Sequence record: NC_061447.1
Strand: one strand, 5' to 3'
DNA: 64,000 nt
Made by a program: the position numbers and the translations under genes. Position 1 is the stretch's first letter, and the number at the start of each line of letters is the position of its first letter. The notes under the pieces were generated by a model. That model was given only the letters and a program-made list of their open reading frames with translations, was not told the DNA's origin and did no database searches. Shown one piece after another: positions 8,754 to 16,982 of this stretch.

Positions 8754-9213
8754 AGGTGGCCTGTGGCGCGTCTTCCCTGACTATGATTCAGAGGAGATGC
8801 TGCTGAAACTCGGTGCTGCTATCGGCATCGACCGTGATAGCGATGATGTGCCAGAAGAATTGCACGTTACTCTGGCTTATGATGAAACCAATCCTGACGT
8901 TCAGGCTGAGCAAAACGATGCTGGTGAGTTCTTCGCTACCGTCGCTTCTGCTGAACTGTTCGGCGAAGGTCAAGATAAGATTCTGGTTCTCGTTCTCGAA
9001 TCACCTGACCTGTGTGCGGAGCATGAGCGCATTCACGCATGTGGTGCAGCGGAGTTTTGGCACTCGCCGTATCGCCCGCACGTCACGTTGCTGAAACACG
9101 CGAAAGACAGTCAGGCTGAATATCTCAATCAGATCATTCAGCACCCAGGACGCCCTCCAATTACTCTGCGCTTCATTGATGAAGACCGCAAGGTGCTGGA
9201 GAAGCGTAGCTAA
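8746..9213 (+). CDS. 2H phosphoesterase, T4 gp57B/Acb1 (anti-CBASS nuclease)-like
   Basis: Two HxT motifs (LHVTLAY, YRPHVTL) and LVLVLES.DL...H...GA block matching 57B/Acb1 as recalled; GAGG RBS. Confidence 0.8.
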   Translation: MVKGGLWRVFPDYDSEEMLLKLGAAIGIDRDSDDVPEELHVTLAYDETNPDVQAEQNDAGEFFATVASAELFGEGQDKILVLVLESPDLCAEHERIHACGAAEFWHSPYRPHVTLLKHAKDSQAEYLNQIIQHPGRPPITLRFIDEDRKVLEKRS

Positions 9214-9264
9214 AATCTAGCGGTGGCCTTGTGCTGCCGCTTTTGTCATTCTGGAGTAAATCCC

Positions 9265-9576
9265 ATGGAAATCTTTGTAAGCCTTTCACACGAGATTCGT
9301 GTTGATCGTCAGGACACGTCAGAGAAACAATTGCCTCTCGATGGCCAGCAACGCGCACTGGAGCAACAGGACCAGCAGCGCATCAAAGAAGAATATGGTA
9401 TCGACACACCCAAGGAAGAGATTGAGAAAAAGGAAAAAGAGCGCACTGAACGCGAACAGGAGCAGCGTGAAGAACAACGCACTAAACCACCAGCAGATTT
9501 AGGCCAGCGTAAGCCTGAGGCAGAACTAACTGGCTCCGAGATTCAAGATCAACACGATGACCTCACGAAGATCTAG
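9265..9576 (+). CDS. charged protein with MEIFVSLS N-terminus
   Basis: GGAG RBS at 9253; E/Q/K/R-rich. Confidence 0.75.
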   Translation: MEIFVSLSHEIRVDRQDTSEKQLPLDGQQRALEQQDQQRIKEEYGIDTPKEEIEKKEKERTEREQEQREEQRTKPPADLGQRKPEAELTGSEIQDQHDDLTKI

Positions 9577-9580
9577 GAAT

Positions 9581-9589
9581 CTGTAAATA
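9581..9589 (+). promoter_or_regulatory. CTGTAAATA motif upstream of sigma factor
   Basis: Intergenic, 32 nt before ATG 9622. Confidence 0.5.
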
Positions 9590-9621
9590 AGAGTCAAAGC
9601 AACTAACAGGTGTATTTGACC

Positions 9622-10659
9622 ATGAACAATAAGTCGAATCTCACAGGCGGTCAGATAGAAAGCGTCATGGACACCATGCTTCACGACTGCCTCCGTGAGA
9701 TTGTTGAGAACACGAACGTATTCGATGTGCAACTGACCTACCTGTTGAACATGATTACGTCGAATAAGAAGCGAAAGCCGTATAACGCAGAAACGCGTGA
9801 CCGTGCGATTAGCCTTCTGATTAAGGCGCTCTCTGTGCCTCGTGATCAGAAAATGATTTATATCCAGGAACTGAAAATGGAGCGCAACTTCATCTACGTC
9901 TTCCTGGAAAATGTAATTAAGCGATACTACGCGACGTATGTTGATCTCTATCGCGGATTCATTTCGACGCAAGACCCTATCAAGCGCGAAGCGTATTCGA
10001 AACGATTGAACGCATACGTGAAGATGTTTGGTGCAGAGTCTCGTTCCAAACTCTTTATCGCGTTGTGCCGTCTGAATGACCTTCTACCGCAGTTCATGGA
10101 ATACTTCCACTCGGTAGTTGCTGACTTCTATAGACTATGCAGCAAGCAAACAAAATTCTACGTTGATACGAACCGCGGTAAGCTGTACGACAGCAAAGAC
10201 GTGCGCCAGAACTTCCTGCGTAACGTCATCGTGGCTATCAACAAGTATGACTCGTCGCGTGGTGCGATTGTGAGTTATACGAAGTGGTGGATCTTGAACG
10301 CACAAACCTGTAGTAGTAGCGAGCATGAATACGGCATCGCGTACACTATTCCCCAGACTCAACGTAAGAAACTGGCTACAGGTGAAGATACCACTTCTCT
10401 GAATTTCTCGGTAAGTCTCGATACTTCTGCGAATGAATCTGATGAAGGTGCGGACGCGTCCCTACATCAAAAAGTGAGTGACCATCATCACTTAGAAGAT
10501 CACGTAGATAGTGAAAGACGTACCGAAAAACTGAGGCTGCTTATTAAGCGCGTAGACCCACTCGGCGTTGCTCGTCTAACGATGGACGTTGGTGAGGAGT
10601 TCGATAAATTCGAACTTGAACAGATGCGCAAACATATGCAGGCTCAAGGGCTAGCCTAA
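9622..10659 (+). CDS. phage sigma-70-like RNA polymerase sigma factor
   Basis: DVRQNFLRNVIVAINKYDSSRGAIVSYTKWWILNA resembles sigma70 regions 2.2-2.4; VSLD motif of region 3. Confidence 0.8.
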   Translation: MNNKSNLTGGQIESVMDTMLHDCLREIVENTNVFDVQLTYLLNMITSNKKRKPYNAETRDRAISLLIKALSVPRDQKMIYIQELKMERNFIYVFLENVIKRYYATYVDLYRGFISTQDPIKREAYSKRLNAYVKMFGAESRSKLFIALCRLNDLLPQFMEYFHSVVADFYRLCSKQTKFYVDTNRGKLYDSKDVRQNFLRNVIVAINKYDSSRGAIVSYTKWWILNAQTCSSSEHEYGIAYTIPQTQRKKLATGEDTTSLNFSVSLDTSANESDEGADASLHQKVSDHHHLEDHVDSERRTEKLRLLIKRVDPLGVARLTMDVGEEFDKFELEQMRKHMQAQGLA

Positions 10660-10709
10660 AACTGTAAACAATGCTCACACAAGAGCAAACTCAATATTGA
10701 GGAACAACA

Positions 10710-11954
10710 ATGGCACGTGGATTTGGTGACATTCAAGACAACAGCAAGCGCGATAGCTTGCGTGAGTCAGAGATCTTTGAAATCTTCCCTCTTTCGAAGA
10801 AAGCAAACGGCAACTGGGTATCAATTCGTCTGCTTGACCTTGACCTGCTTCCAATCAAGAAGCACTGGATCAAGATCATGGGCGGCAAAGATAAAGACAA
10901 AGAGATCAAAATCCCGCGCATGTGCGTTAGCTTCGACCCGGACAATCAGAACAAACCTCTGAACGGTATGAAGTGCCCGTACTGTGGTATCGCTCACGGT
11001 AACGACGAATCTGGTGCGCCGGCGCAGTACGACTATAAGTGGTACGCACAGGCAATCATTCGTGACGAGCAGGCTGCTGCACCGCGTAAAATGCCTAAGC
11101 TCACTAAGCAAGAGCAGAAGACAGGCAAGAAAGAAATGGGCAGTGAGTCTTGGACTCCTGTTATGTGTATTCCTCTGTCTAACTCTCTGGCAGGCAAAAT
11201 CCGCGAGCTGGGTGAACGTAACATTCACACAGTCAAAGATAAGAAGTCTGGCAAGAAGTCTAAGCAGGCGTTCCAGGTTAACCATCCGAAGTATGGCTGC
11301 GATATTGAAATCAAATACAACGCCAAAAAATCTCCGGCCGAGCGTTACACCATCGAACGTGGCGATCACACTCCGCTGACCGAAGAAGAAAAGGGCTACC
11401 TGACCTGGGACTTCGACAACTGGAACGAAATCTACGACATGCTGGGTCGTCTGGACGAAGCCGCCGCTATGGCAGACTTCAAAAAGATGGACGTTATCGG
11501 TGTCAACACCAACGATGATGGTGATGATGACGAAGACGATGACGACGATGACATGGCGCTGGGCCGCAAGAAGAAAGGCGGCAAGGCAGACAAGAAAAAA
11601 CGTCGCAACGATGACGATGATGACGACGAGGATGAAGATGACGACGATGACCGTCCATCCAAGTCCAAGAAGTCAAAAGCGTCTAAGTCTCGTAAGCTGT
11701 TAGACGATGACGAAGATGACGATGACGAAGACGATGATGACGATCGTCCTTCGAAAAAGAAAAAGTCCTCGAAGGTGAAGTCTAAGAAGTCTAAGAAGTC
11801 GGACGATGATGACGACGACGAAGACGATGCACCTAAGAAGAAGAAAAAGAAATCTTCTGACAAGGTGAAATCATCCGATAAGAAGAAGAAAAAGAAATCT
11901 TCTGATGACGATGATGACGACGCGCCGAAGAAGAAAAAGAAAAAGAAAAAGTAA
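10710..11954 (+). CDS. T4 gp32-like single-stranded DNA-binding protein with long D/K block tail
   Basis: IRLL..HWI..C...CPYC N-terminal pattern; directly upstream of RecA; long alternating acidic/basic tail. Confidence 0.7.
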   Translation: MARGFGDIQDNSKRDSLRESEIFEIFPLSKKANGNWVSIRLLDLDLLPIKKHWIKIMGGKDKDKEIKIPRMCVSFDPDNQNKPLNGMKCPYCGIAHGNDESGAPAQYDYKWYAQAIIRDEQAAAPRKMPKLTKQEQKTGKKEMGSESWTPVMCIPLSNSLAGKIRELGERNIHTVKDKKSGKKSKQAFQVNHPKYGCDIEIKYNAKKSPAERYTIERGDHTPLTEEEKGYLTWDFDNWNEIYDMLGRLDEAAAMADFKKMDVIGVNTNDDGDDDEDDDDDDMALGRKKKGGKADKKKRRNDDDDDDEDEDDDDDRPSKSKKSKASKSRKLLDDDEDDDDEDDDDDRPSKKKKSSKVKSKKSKKSDDDDDDEDDAPKKKKKKSSDKVKSSDKKKKKKSSDDDDDDAPKKKKKKKK

Positions 11955-11962
11955 TCGGTAAC

Positions 11963-11989
11963 GGGGTAGCTTAGGCTGCCCCTTCTTTT
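11963..11989 (+). terminator. intrinsic terminator
   Basis: GGGGTAGC-TTAG-GCTGCCCC + TTCTTTT. Confidence 0.85.
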
Positions 11990-12011
11990 CTCAATCTGGA
12001 CTATAGCACAA

Positions 12012-14531
12012 ATGGCTAAAGCGAAACGAATCAAGGCTGAAAAAGAAGCCGAAGGTAAAACCAAAGCCAAGAAAGGTAAAGCAGTCGCAGCCGATGATGT
12101 TGGCGGCGTAGAAGTCATGGGCTTTGACCTGGCTAGTTTGATGGACGATGTTCTTGATGGCATCGAAAAGAAAACGAAAGTAAGTTCGCAGGATGCAGCG
12201 CGTCACGCACCTCGTATCTCAACAGGCTGTCTCGCACTCGACATGTTCCTGTCTGGTGGCATTGTCCCTGGTGGCTGGTACACGTTTAGCGGCGGTGAGC
12301 AGTCGTGTAAGTCAACAATGACCATGAGTATTATGGCGAGCCTGATTCGTCTGCATTACTCTGGCATTAGCGTAGTGTTTGACTACGAAGGTTCAACCGA
12401 CGCAGAGTACGTTGCTGGTCAGTTGAAAACGTTCGGCGTTCGCGTTGACCCGAAAACTATCTTCGGTGTGCGTGATGACGAAGACGGTAGCTGGATCGTT
12501 AAGCCTAAGATCCGTTACTATGCCCCAGACAACGGTGAGCGCTTCTTCGATTATATGTCGATGCTGCGTCGTCGTCTGCCAGACAAGATCGTTGAGAAAG
12601 ACGGTACCGCGTATTACATCTTTGAGAACAACAAAGAGAACGCGAAGAAGCTGGCTGGTAAGTACGACAAGAAATGGTTTAGCCGTAACAACCAGTTCAA
12701 AGTACCTGCGCCAGACGGTCACATGCAGGCTATGGTTATCGTTGACTCCTATCCTGCAATGATGCCAGATCAGGTCGATGATGACGAAGGCTCGAAAGCA
12801 ATGGCGCTGCAAGCGCGTATGTTCTCTGACGGCATCAAACGTTTCCGTGGTGGTATGCGCCGTAAGATGATGACCATCGTTGGTGTTAACCAGTTGCGTC
12901 AGAAGCCTGCTGTTATGTTCGGTAGCCCTGAGTATGAGCCAGGTGGTGATGCGTTGAAGTTCTACTGCTTCGACCGCGATACTCTGATTCGTACTGATCA
13001 CGGCGTGCTGACTGCACCTCAGATCAAAGAGCTGATCGATGCTGGCAAGGAAGTCATGGTCGAATCGTTCGACGGCTTCCAGAAGATCAATGGCGCGTGG
13101 AAAGTTGATGACGCTCCGTTCCCAATCGAACTGAACGCTGGTGGACATGCGTATGTTGGTAGCGCTGAACACCGTCAGTTCACCTTCATGTATGACACGA
13201 CTGCTGATGGTATGGCTGTGCTGCGTCCTGAGTGGAACACGCTCAACCAGCTTGCTCAATATCCAGAGCAGAAAGGCCAGTATGCAGGTCTGCGTGTACC
13301 ACCTGTGAAAGAACTGAAAGCGAACGTGCCTGATGCGTTTGATGAAGCAAGCCAGCTCGTTAGCAATCTACTTGGCAACGCTGACTTCGTAAGCGTACAA
13401 CTGCCTCTGGCTGTTGCTGGTGATACCACGTTTGCTGCGAACGTACTGACTACCAATATGATTGGTGATCAGGATGATGTTCACACGTTCTCTTTGTGGG
13501 CACGTCACCTACTGTCTATCGGTATCTATGCTTACGCCGATGAAAGCGGTCTGCATATCCCAGGTCTGAACTATCACGAACTGCAAGCGGCTGTAACTCA
13601 GGATGAACTCGGTGCATTTGCTGGTATCAGCTTCGAAGCCACCAGCCGTCAACGTCAGACTCAGATGCTGACTGTGATTGCAGACGTGTTCCCTGAACTG
13701 ACCCGCTACGTGCTGGACTATCAGTTGCAGACAGGCCAGGATAAAATCTATCTGGCGCCAGAGCAGGACTTCGCACAGGCTCTCGACCTGATTCTGCATA
13801 AGCAGATTGAAGGTTACGATGACCAGTACGACCTGCTGATGCAGCAACTGGCGTACATCGACGACTGGTATAACTTCGATAACTCTATCGTTCCTGTTCC
13901 GTTCACGCTGAAAGCTCTGGTCAATCCTGTGGAGTTCTGGGATGTGAACGTCGAAGAAACGTCTGTTGTGATCACTAACGGTTTCGTTAGTCACAACTCT
14001 GACGTGCGTGTTCGTCTGGCTTCTCGTGCTGTGCCTCAGGGCTGGCCGACAATGAAAGACGCACCGGGTATCGTTGGTGAGAAGTCTGTAACTGTTGAAG
14101 GTGGTACCGACCGCTACCGTTTCATTGCAGCCAAGACCATCAAGAACAAGATGGGCGGCATCCCTAACCAGCAGACTTGGTTACGTCTGTGGGAAGCTGA
14201 CGGCAACGGTGAAGCGCGTGGCTTCGACCCAGTGTTCGATACGTGGCATTACCTGAAAACTCTCGGCCTGATCAACGGCACTCGTAAGAGCTTCAAGATC
14301 AAGGCGCCATGCCCGCTCGCATCTGACGTTAAGATGGACTGGGATGACTTCCGTACTCTTATCAACGGCAGCAAAGAGCAAGTTGTTGGCGTGTGTAAGA
14401 AACTGAAAGTCAAACCTGCTGGCCTGCGTCTGTGGTGCTTCAAGTTCGTGCAGTCTACCAAAGGCAACGAGATGTTGAAGAACGCTATCAGTAAGTCTGC
14501 GAAGACTTCTGATGACGATGACGACGAGTAA
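12012..14531 (+). CDS. recA: RecA/UvsX-like recombinase precursor containing an intein
   Basis: GGEQSCKST Walker A variant, VIVDS Walker B, QARMFS, VNQLRQK, GGDALKFY/SDVRV RecA motifs. Confidence 0.93.
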   Translation: MAKAKRIKAEKEAEGKTKAKKGKAVAADDVGGVEVMGFDLASLMDDVLDGIEKKTKVSSQDAARHAPRISTGCLALDMFLSGGIVPGGWYTFSGGEQSCKSTMTMSIMASLIRLHYSGISVVFDYEGSTDAEYVAGQLKTFGVRVDPKTIFGVRDDEDGSWIVKPKIRYYAPDNGERFFDYMSMLRRRLPDKIVEKDGTAYYIFENNKENAKKLAGKYDKKWFSRNNQFKVPAPDGHMQAMVIVDSYPAMMPDQVDDDEGSKAMALQARMFSDGIKRFRGGMRRKMMTIVGVNQLRQKPAVMFGSPEYEPGGDALKFYCFDRDTLIRTDHGVLTAPQIKELIDAGKEVMVESFDGFQKINGAWKVDDAPFPIELNAGGHAYVGSAEHRQFTFMYDTTADGMAVLRPEWNTLNQLAQYPEQKGQYAGLRVPPVKELKANVPDAFDEASQLVSNLLGNADFVSVQLPLAVAGDTTFAANVLTTNMIGDQDDVHTFSLWARHLLSIGIYAYADESGLHIPGLNYHELQAAVTQDELGAFAGISFEATSRQRQTQMLTVIADVFPELTRYVLDYQLQTGQDKIYLAPEQDFAQALDLILHKQIEGYDDQYDLLMQQLAYIDDWYNFDNSIVPVPFTLKALVNPVEFWDVNVEETSVVITNGFVSHNSDVRVRLASRAVPQGWPTMKDAPGIVGEKSVTVEGGTDRYRFIAAKTIKNKMGGIPNQQTWLRLWEADGNGEARGFDPVFDTWHYLKTLGLINGTRKSFKIKAPCPLASDVKMDWDDFRTLINGSKEQVVGVCKKLKVKPAGLRLWCFKFVQSTKGNEMLKNAISKSAKTSDDDDDE
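12966..13997 (+). mobile_element. intein (344 aa) in RecA with degenerate LAGLIDADG-like core
   Basis: Begins CFDRDTLIRT (block A) right after LKFY; SAEHRQF (block B-like); ends WDVNVEETSVVITNGFVSHN followed by Ser+1; removal restores LKFY-SDVRVRL. Confidence 0.92.
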
Positions 14532-14538
14532 TAAACGC

Positions 14539-14565
14539 GGGAGGGCTTCGGCTCTCCCTTCTTTT
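14539..14565 (+). terminator. intrinsic terminator
   Basis: GGGAGGGC-TTCG-GCTCTCCC + TTCTTTT. Confidence 0.88.
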
Positions 14566-14580
14566 GTTTGAGGAGAACAA

Positions 14581-15009
14581 ATGCGTACTCAAATCTATAC
14601 TGCTGATATCCTTAATCTGGAAACAGTGACAGTCAACGAAGAAGACGGTAGTGAGGTTCGTACACCAACTATCGTGCCTAACGTTGAAGGCGAACCTGAG
14701 TTCAATGTCGATACAGTCTATTCTCTGTTGCAGTCAGCACTGCCAGAAGAGTCTGCTCCTGATACACGCCGAATCGTATTGGTAACTCTTGATTTGGTGG
14801 CAGGCTTCTCTACCAACGGCCTGGAAAACTTCTTCGACCCTATCGCTCGCGTCGAAGATATCACTGCTGGTAACGTCGGCAGCATTCTCGGCCTACAGGT
14901 TGTCGTCAATGACAAGTCTGTTGCGCCATGCCTTGCAGTGGCAAACGTTAGCGATGTTGAAGAGGGTGTCACAATTCTCTCATACAGCGCGGCCCGCGTA
15001 AAACTGTAA
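14581..15009 (+). CDS. hypothetical protein
   Basis: GAGGAG RBS. Confidence 0.8.
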   Translation: MRTQIYTADILNLETVTVNEEDGSEVRTPTIVPNVEGEPEFNVDTVYSLLQSALPEESAPDTRRIVLVTLDLVAGFSTNGLENFFDPIARVEDITAGNVGSILGLQVVVNDKSVAPCLAVANVSDVEEGVTILSYSAARVKL

Positions 15010-15109
15010 ACCAATAGTGGGAGGCATCCCTCCCACATTCTCTCGCTTGATAGGCTATCCGCCACAAGCAAACAACTTAACTCGATAGGCTATGCGCCAG
15101 GAGTGTTTT

Positions 15110-15820
15110 ATGAAAAAGATTCAGACTAACATCTTACCAACCGAAGCTCTGCACGGACTTATTCACGGATTTTTCCATCAGGCAAAATCTCCTGAACATC
15201 CATCTGATAGTTCACGGAGTTTGATCTATATTGATGTTACCGACACTAGTGCTAGAAACGCATTGTACGCGATACTGAAACGCGAGCCTTCTAGCTATAC
15301 GCATCCAGTTGCCTATGATCGCGTTGGTGACGTGCGTGGCTTTACCGCACCTCGCCATCTTCCTGTAGTTCTGTCTGCGAACTTAGCACATGTGGATAAA
15401 CCAACACTGGCAAGCTCTCTTGCTGGTATTTTTAGCGCTCTTTCTCACACCGTACATAAATACGATACACAAATAACTATCTACGGTGAACCCCAGATTG
15501 AGAAACTTCTGTCTGACGTTCGAAATATTCAGTTTAAGGACTTCTTGGAAGTATGTACACCAGAACTCGCTTGCGGTGACTTCGATCTAAAATCCAACAT
15601 CACCGTAGACAACTTTGTGTCTATTGCGATCGATCCAGAGTTCGCACAGCGTATTCCGGAAAGCCCAGGTACGACCTACACGTTCGGCCGTGACTTCATG
15701 TTCATGCACTATGAAGATCTGCACAAAGTCATTCAGATCCTGCGTAAATATAAGAAGAACTGCACCTTGCATCCAGACTTGATGCGCTACTACTTCATGA
15801 ACGTAATCTGTAAATATTGA
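15110..15820 (+). CDS. hypothetical protein (possible distant paralog of 16983)
   Basis: AGGAG RBS before ATG 15110. Confidence 0.75.
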   Translation: MKKIQTNILPTEALHGLIHGFFHQAKSPEHPSDSSRSLIYIDVTDTSARNALYAILKREPSSYTHPVAYDRVGDVRGFTAPRHLPVVLSANLAHVDKPTLASSLAGIFSALSHTVHKYDTQITIYGEPQIEKLLSDVRNIQFKDFLEVCTPELACGDFDLKSNITVDNFVSIAIDPEFAQRIPESPGTTYTFGRDFMFMHYEDLHKVIQILRKYKKNCTLHPDLMRYYFMNVICKY

Positions 15821-15868
15821 TCACCAACCGAACACAAATGCTGTGTGTAGTCTAGCCCGACTTGGGCA

Positions 15869-15899
15869 GGGGAGAGCCTGATGGCCTCCCCATTTTTTT
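15869..15899 (+). terminator. intrinsic terminator just upstream of AcrVA2-like gene RBS
   Basis: GGGGAG..GCC-TGAT-GGCCTCCCC + 7 T. Confidence 0.75.
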
Positions 15900-15913
15900 G
15901 TCTGGGAGTTTCT

Positions 15914-16936
15914 ATGTCTGAAAAAGCAACATTCGTCCAAGTACATGAGGCATACCTACAGGAGTCCGCCTCTCGTGGTGCAGCACGATCAAAGATAACC
16001 GATCACTTCACTAAGTACCTGAAAAACAAGAACGGTAAACTCCCTTCCCTCGGAATCCCTATGGAAGAGTTTGTTCGTTGGGCTAATATGATTCCAACGG
16101 AGATCAATCCTGACATAGCACGTCAGCTAATGTTTATTTCGTCAGCGACCTATACGCATTACGTTTGGTCTTTTACGAAAGCATCGTTTGTGATTGAGAA
16201 AGAACTGTGGCCGCATCTGATTGAGGGTGATGCACCTAAAGTGCTGCCGACCTCTACGCTGCGTCAATTACCTCACTGGTCGCAGTGGATCAATTGTGTG
16301 TTCACACTCGACTACAAACATGCCGCGACCGGTAACAAATACGAAATTGATATTGAAGGGTTCTGGGCAACATACGTTAACTACCAAGAGGCAACTCACC
16401 TGAGCTTGTCCTGCTTCGGTGTGTATAATGATGGCACAGGCAATCAAGTAATGTCGCTCTATATCATATTTGACATTACCAAAGACATGGAACTGTCTGA
16501 TGGTTTCGATTGGTTCATGCACCTTGTAGGCGCTAACGGCGCGACTGGTGTTGACAGTAATTCTGACAACGGCCCTGAGATCACTGGAGCTGTCATGGCT
16601 CTCATGAAGCCTGTCGTTAACGTGCTGCTGTTCGTTGCATCACAGGTAGACAATATCTATAAAGGAGGAATCAAATCACTCAAACCTAGACGTAGCGGTA
16701 ACAGTTACAAAATCATTCCTGTTCGTGATGTTCGTGAGTGGAATGTGGGTACAGAGTTGCTTAATGAAATTCGTACCTATGAAAGCGAAGTGAAATCTCA
16801 TGAATCTAATGGTCGTCGTGCGCATATACGCAGAGGCCATCATCATAGTTATTGGTACGGACCTTTAAAGGGTGAGCGTGAATTAAAGTCACGCTGGGTA
16901 CCACCATGTGTTGTTCGTGGCACTATCGCAGAATAA
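15914..16936 (+). CDS. AcrVA2/FinQ-family protein
   Basis: Collinear motifs with AcrVA2 as recalled: W..T, LP.S...LP.W, I.GFWA.Y, LL......I.YKG, G..L..E.R.Y.S, HIRRGH.H.YW.G, RW.P..V. Confidence 0.7.
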   Translation: MSEKATFVQVHEAYLQESASRGAARSKITDHFTKYLKNKNGKLPSLGIPMEEFVRWANMIPTEINPDIARQLMFISSATYTHYVWSFTKASFVIEKELWPHLIEGDAPKVLPTSTLRQLPHWSQWINCVFTLDYKHAATGNKYEIDIEGFWATYVNYQEATHLSLSCFGVYNDGTGNQVMSLYIIFDITKDMELSDGFDWFMHLVGANGATGVDSNSDNGPEITGAVMALMKPVVNVLLFVASQVDNIYKGGIKSLKPRRSGNSYKIIPVRDVREWNVGTELLNEIRTYESEVKSHESNGRRAHIRRGHHHSYWYGPLKGERELKSRWVPPCVVRGTIAE

Positions 16937-16982
16937 CTTTTTATCTCAACTCCATGTATGGGCGTTATGCCCGGAGGCTATT

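Noticed and set aside
11500-11954. Repeated GATGAC/AAGAAG units resembling an array
   Set aside because: Codon repeats of poly-Asp/poly-Lys coding tracts; no constant repeat with unique spacers. The same applies to 55522-55571, 56800-57350 and 61950-62350.
11432-12163. Long minus-strand ORFs (e.g. 11432-12163, 12393-13259, 55855-56715, 57584-58384, 60925-62427, 62749-63528)
   Set aside because: Antisense shadows of low-complexity, codon-biased + strand genes (poly-S/F translations); no RBS or domain signal.
14581-15009. Capsid-protein-like VGSILGLQVVV segment
   Set aside because: Protein is only 142 aa and the match is a short generic motif; insufficient for an HK97-fold call.
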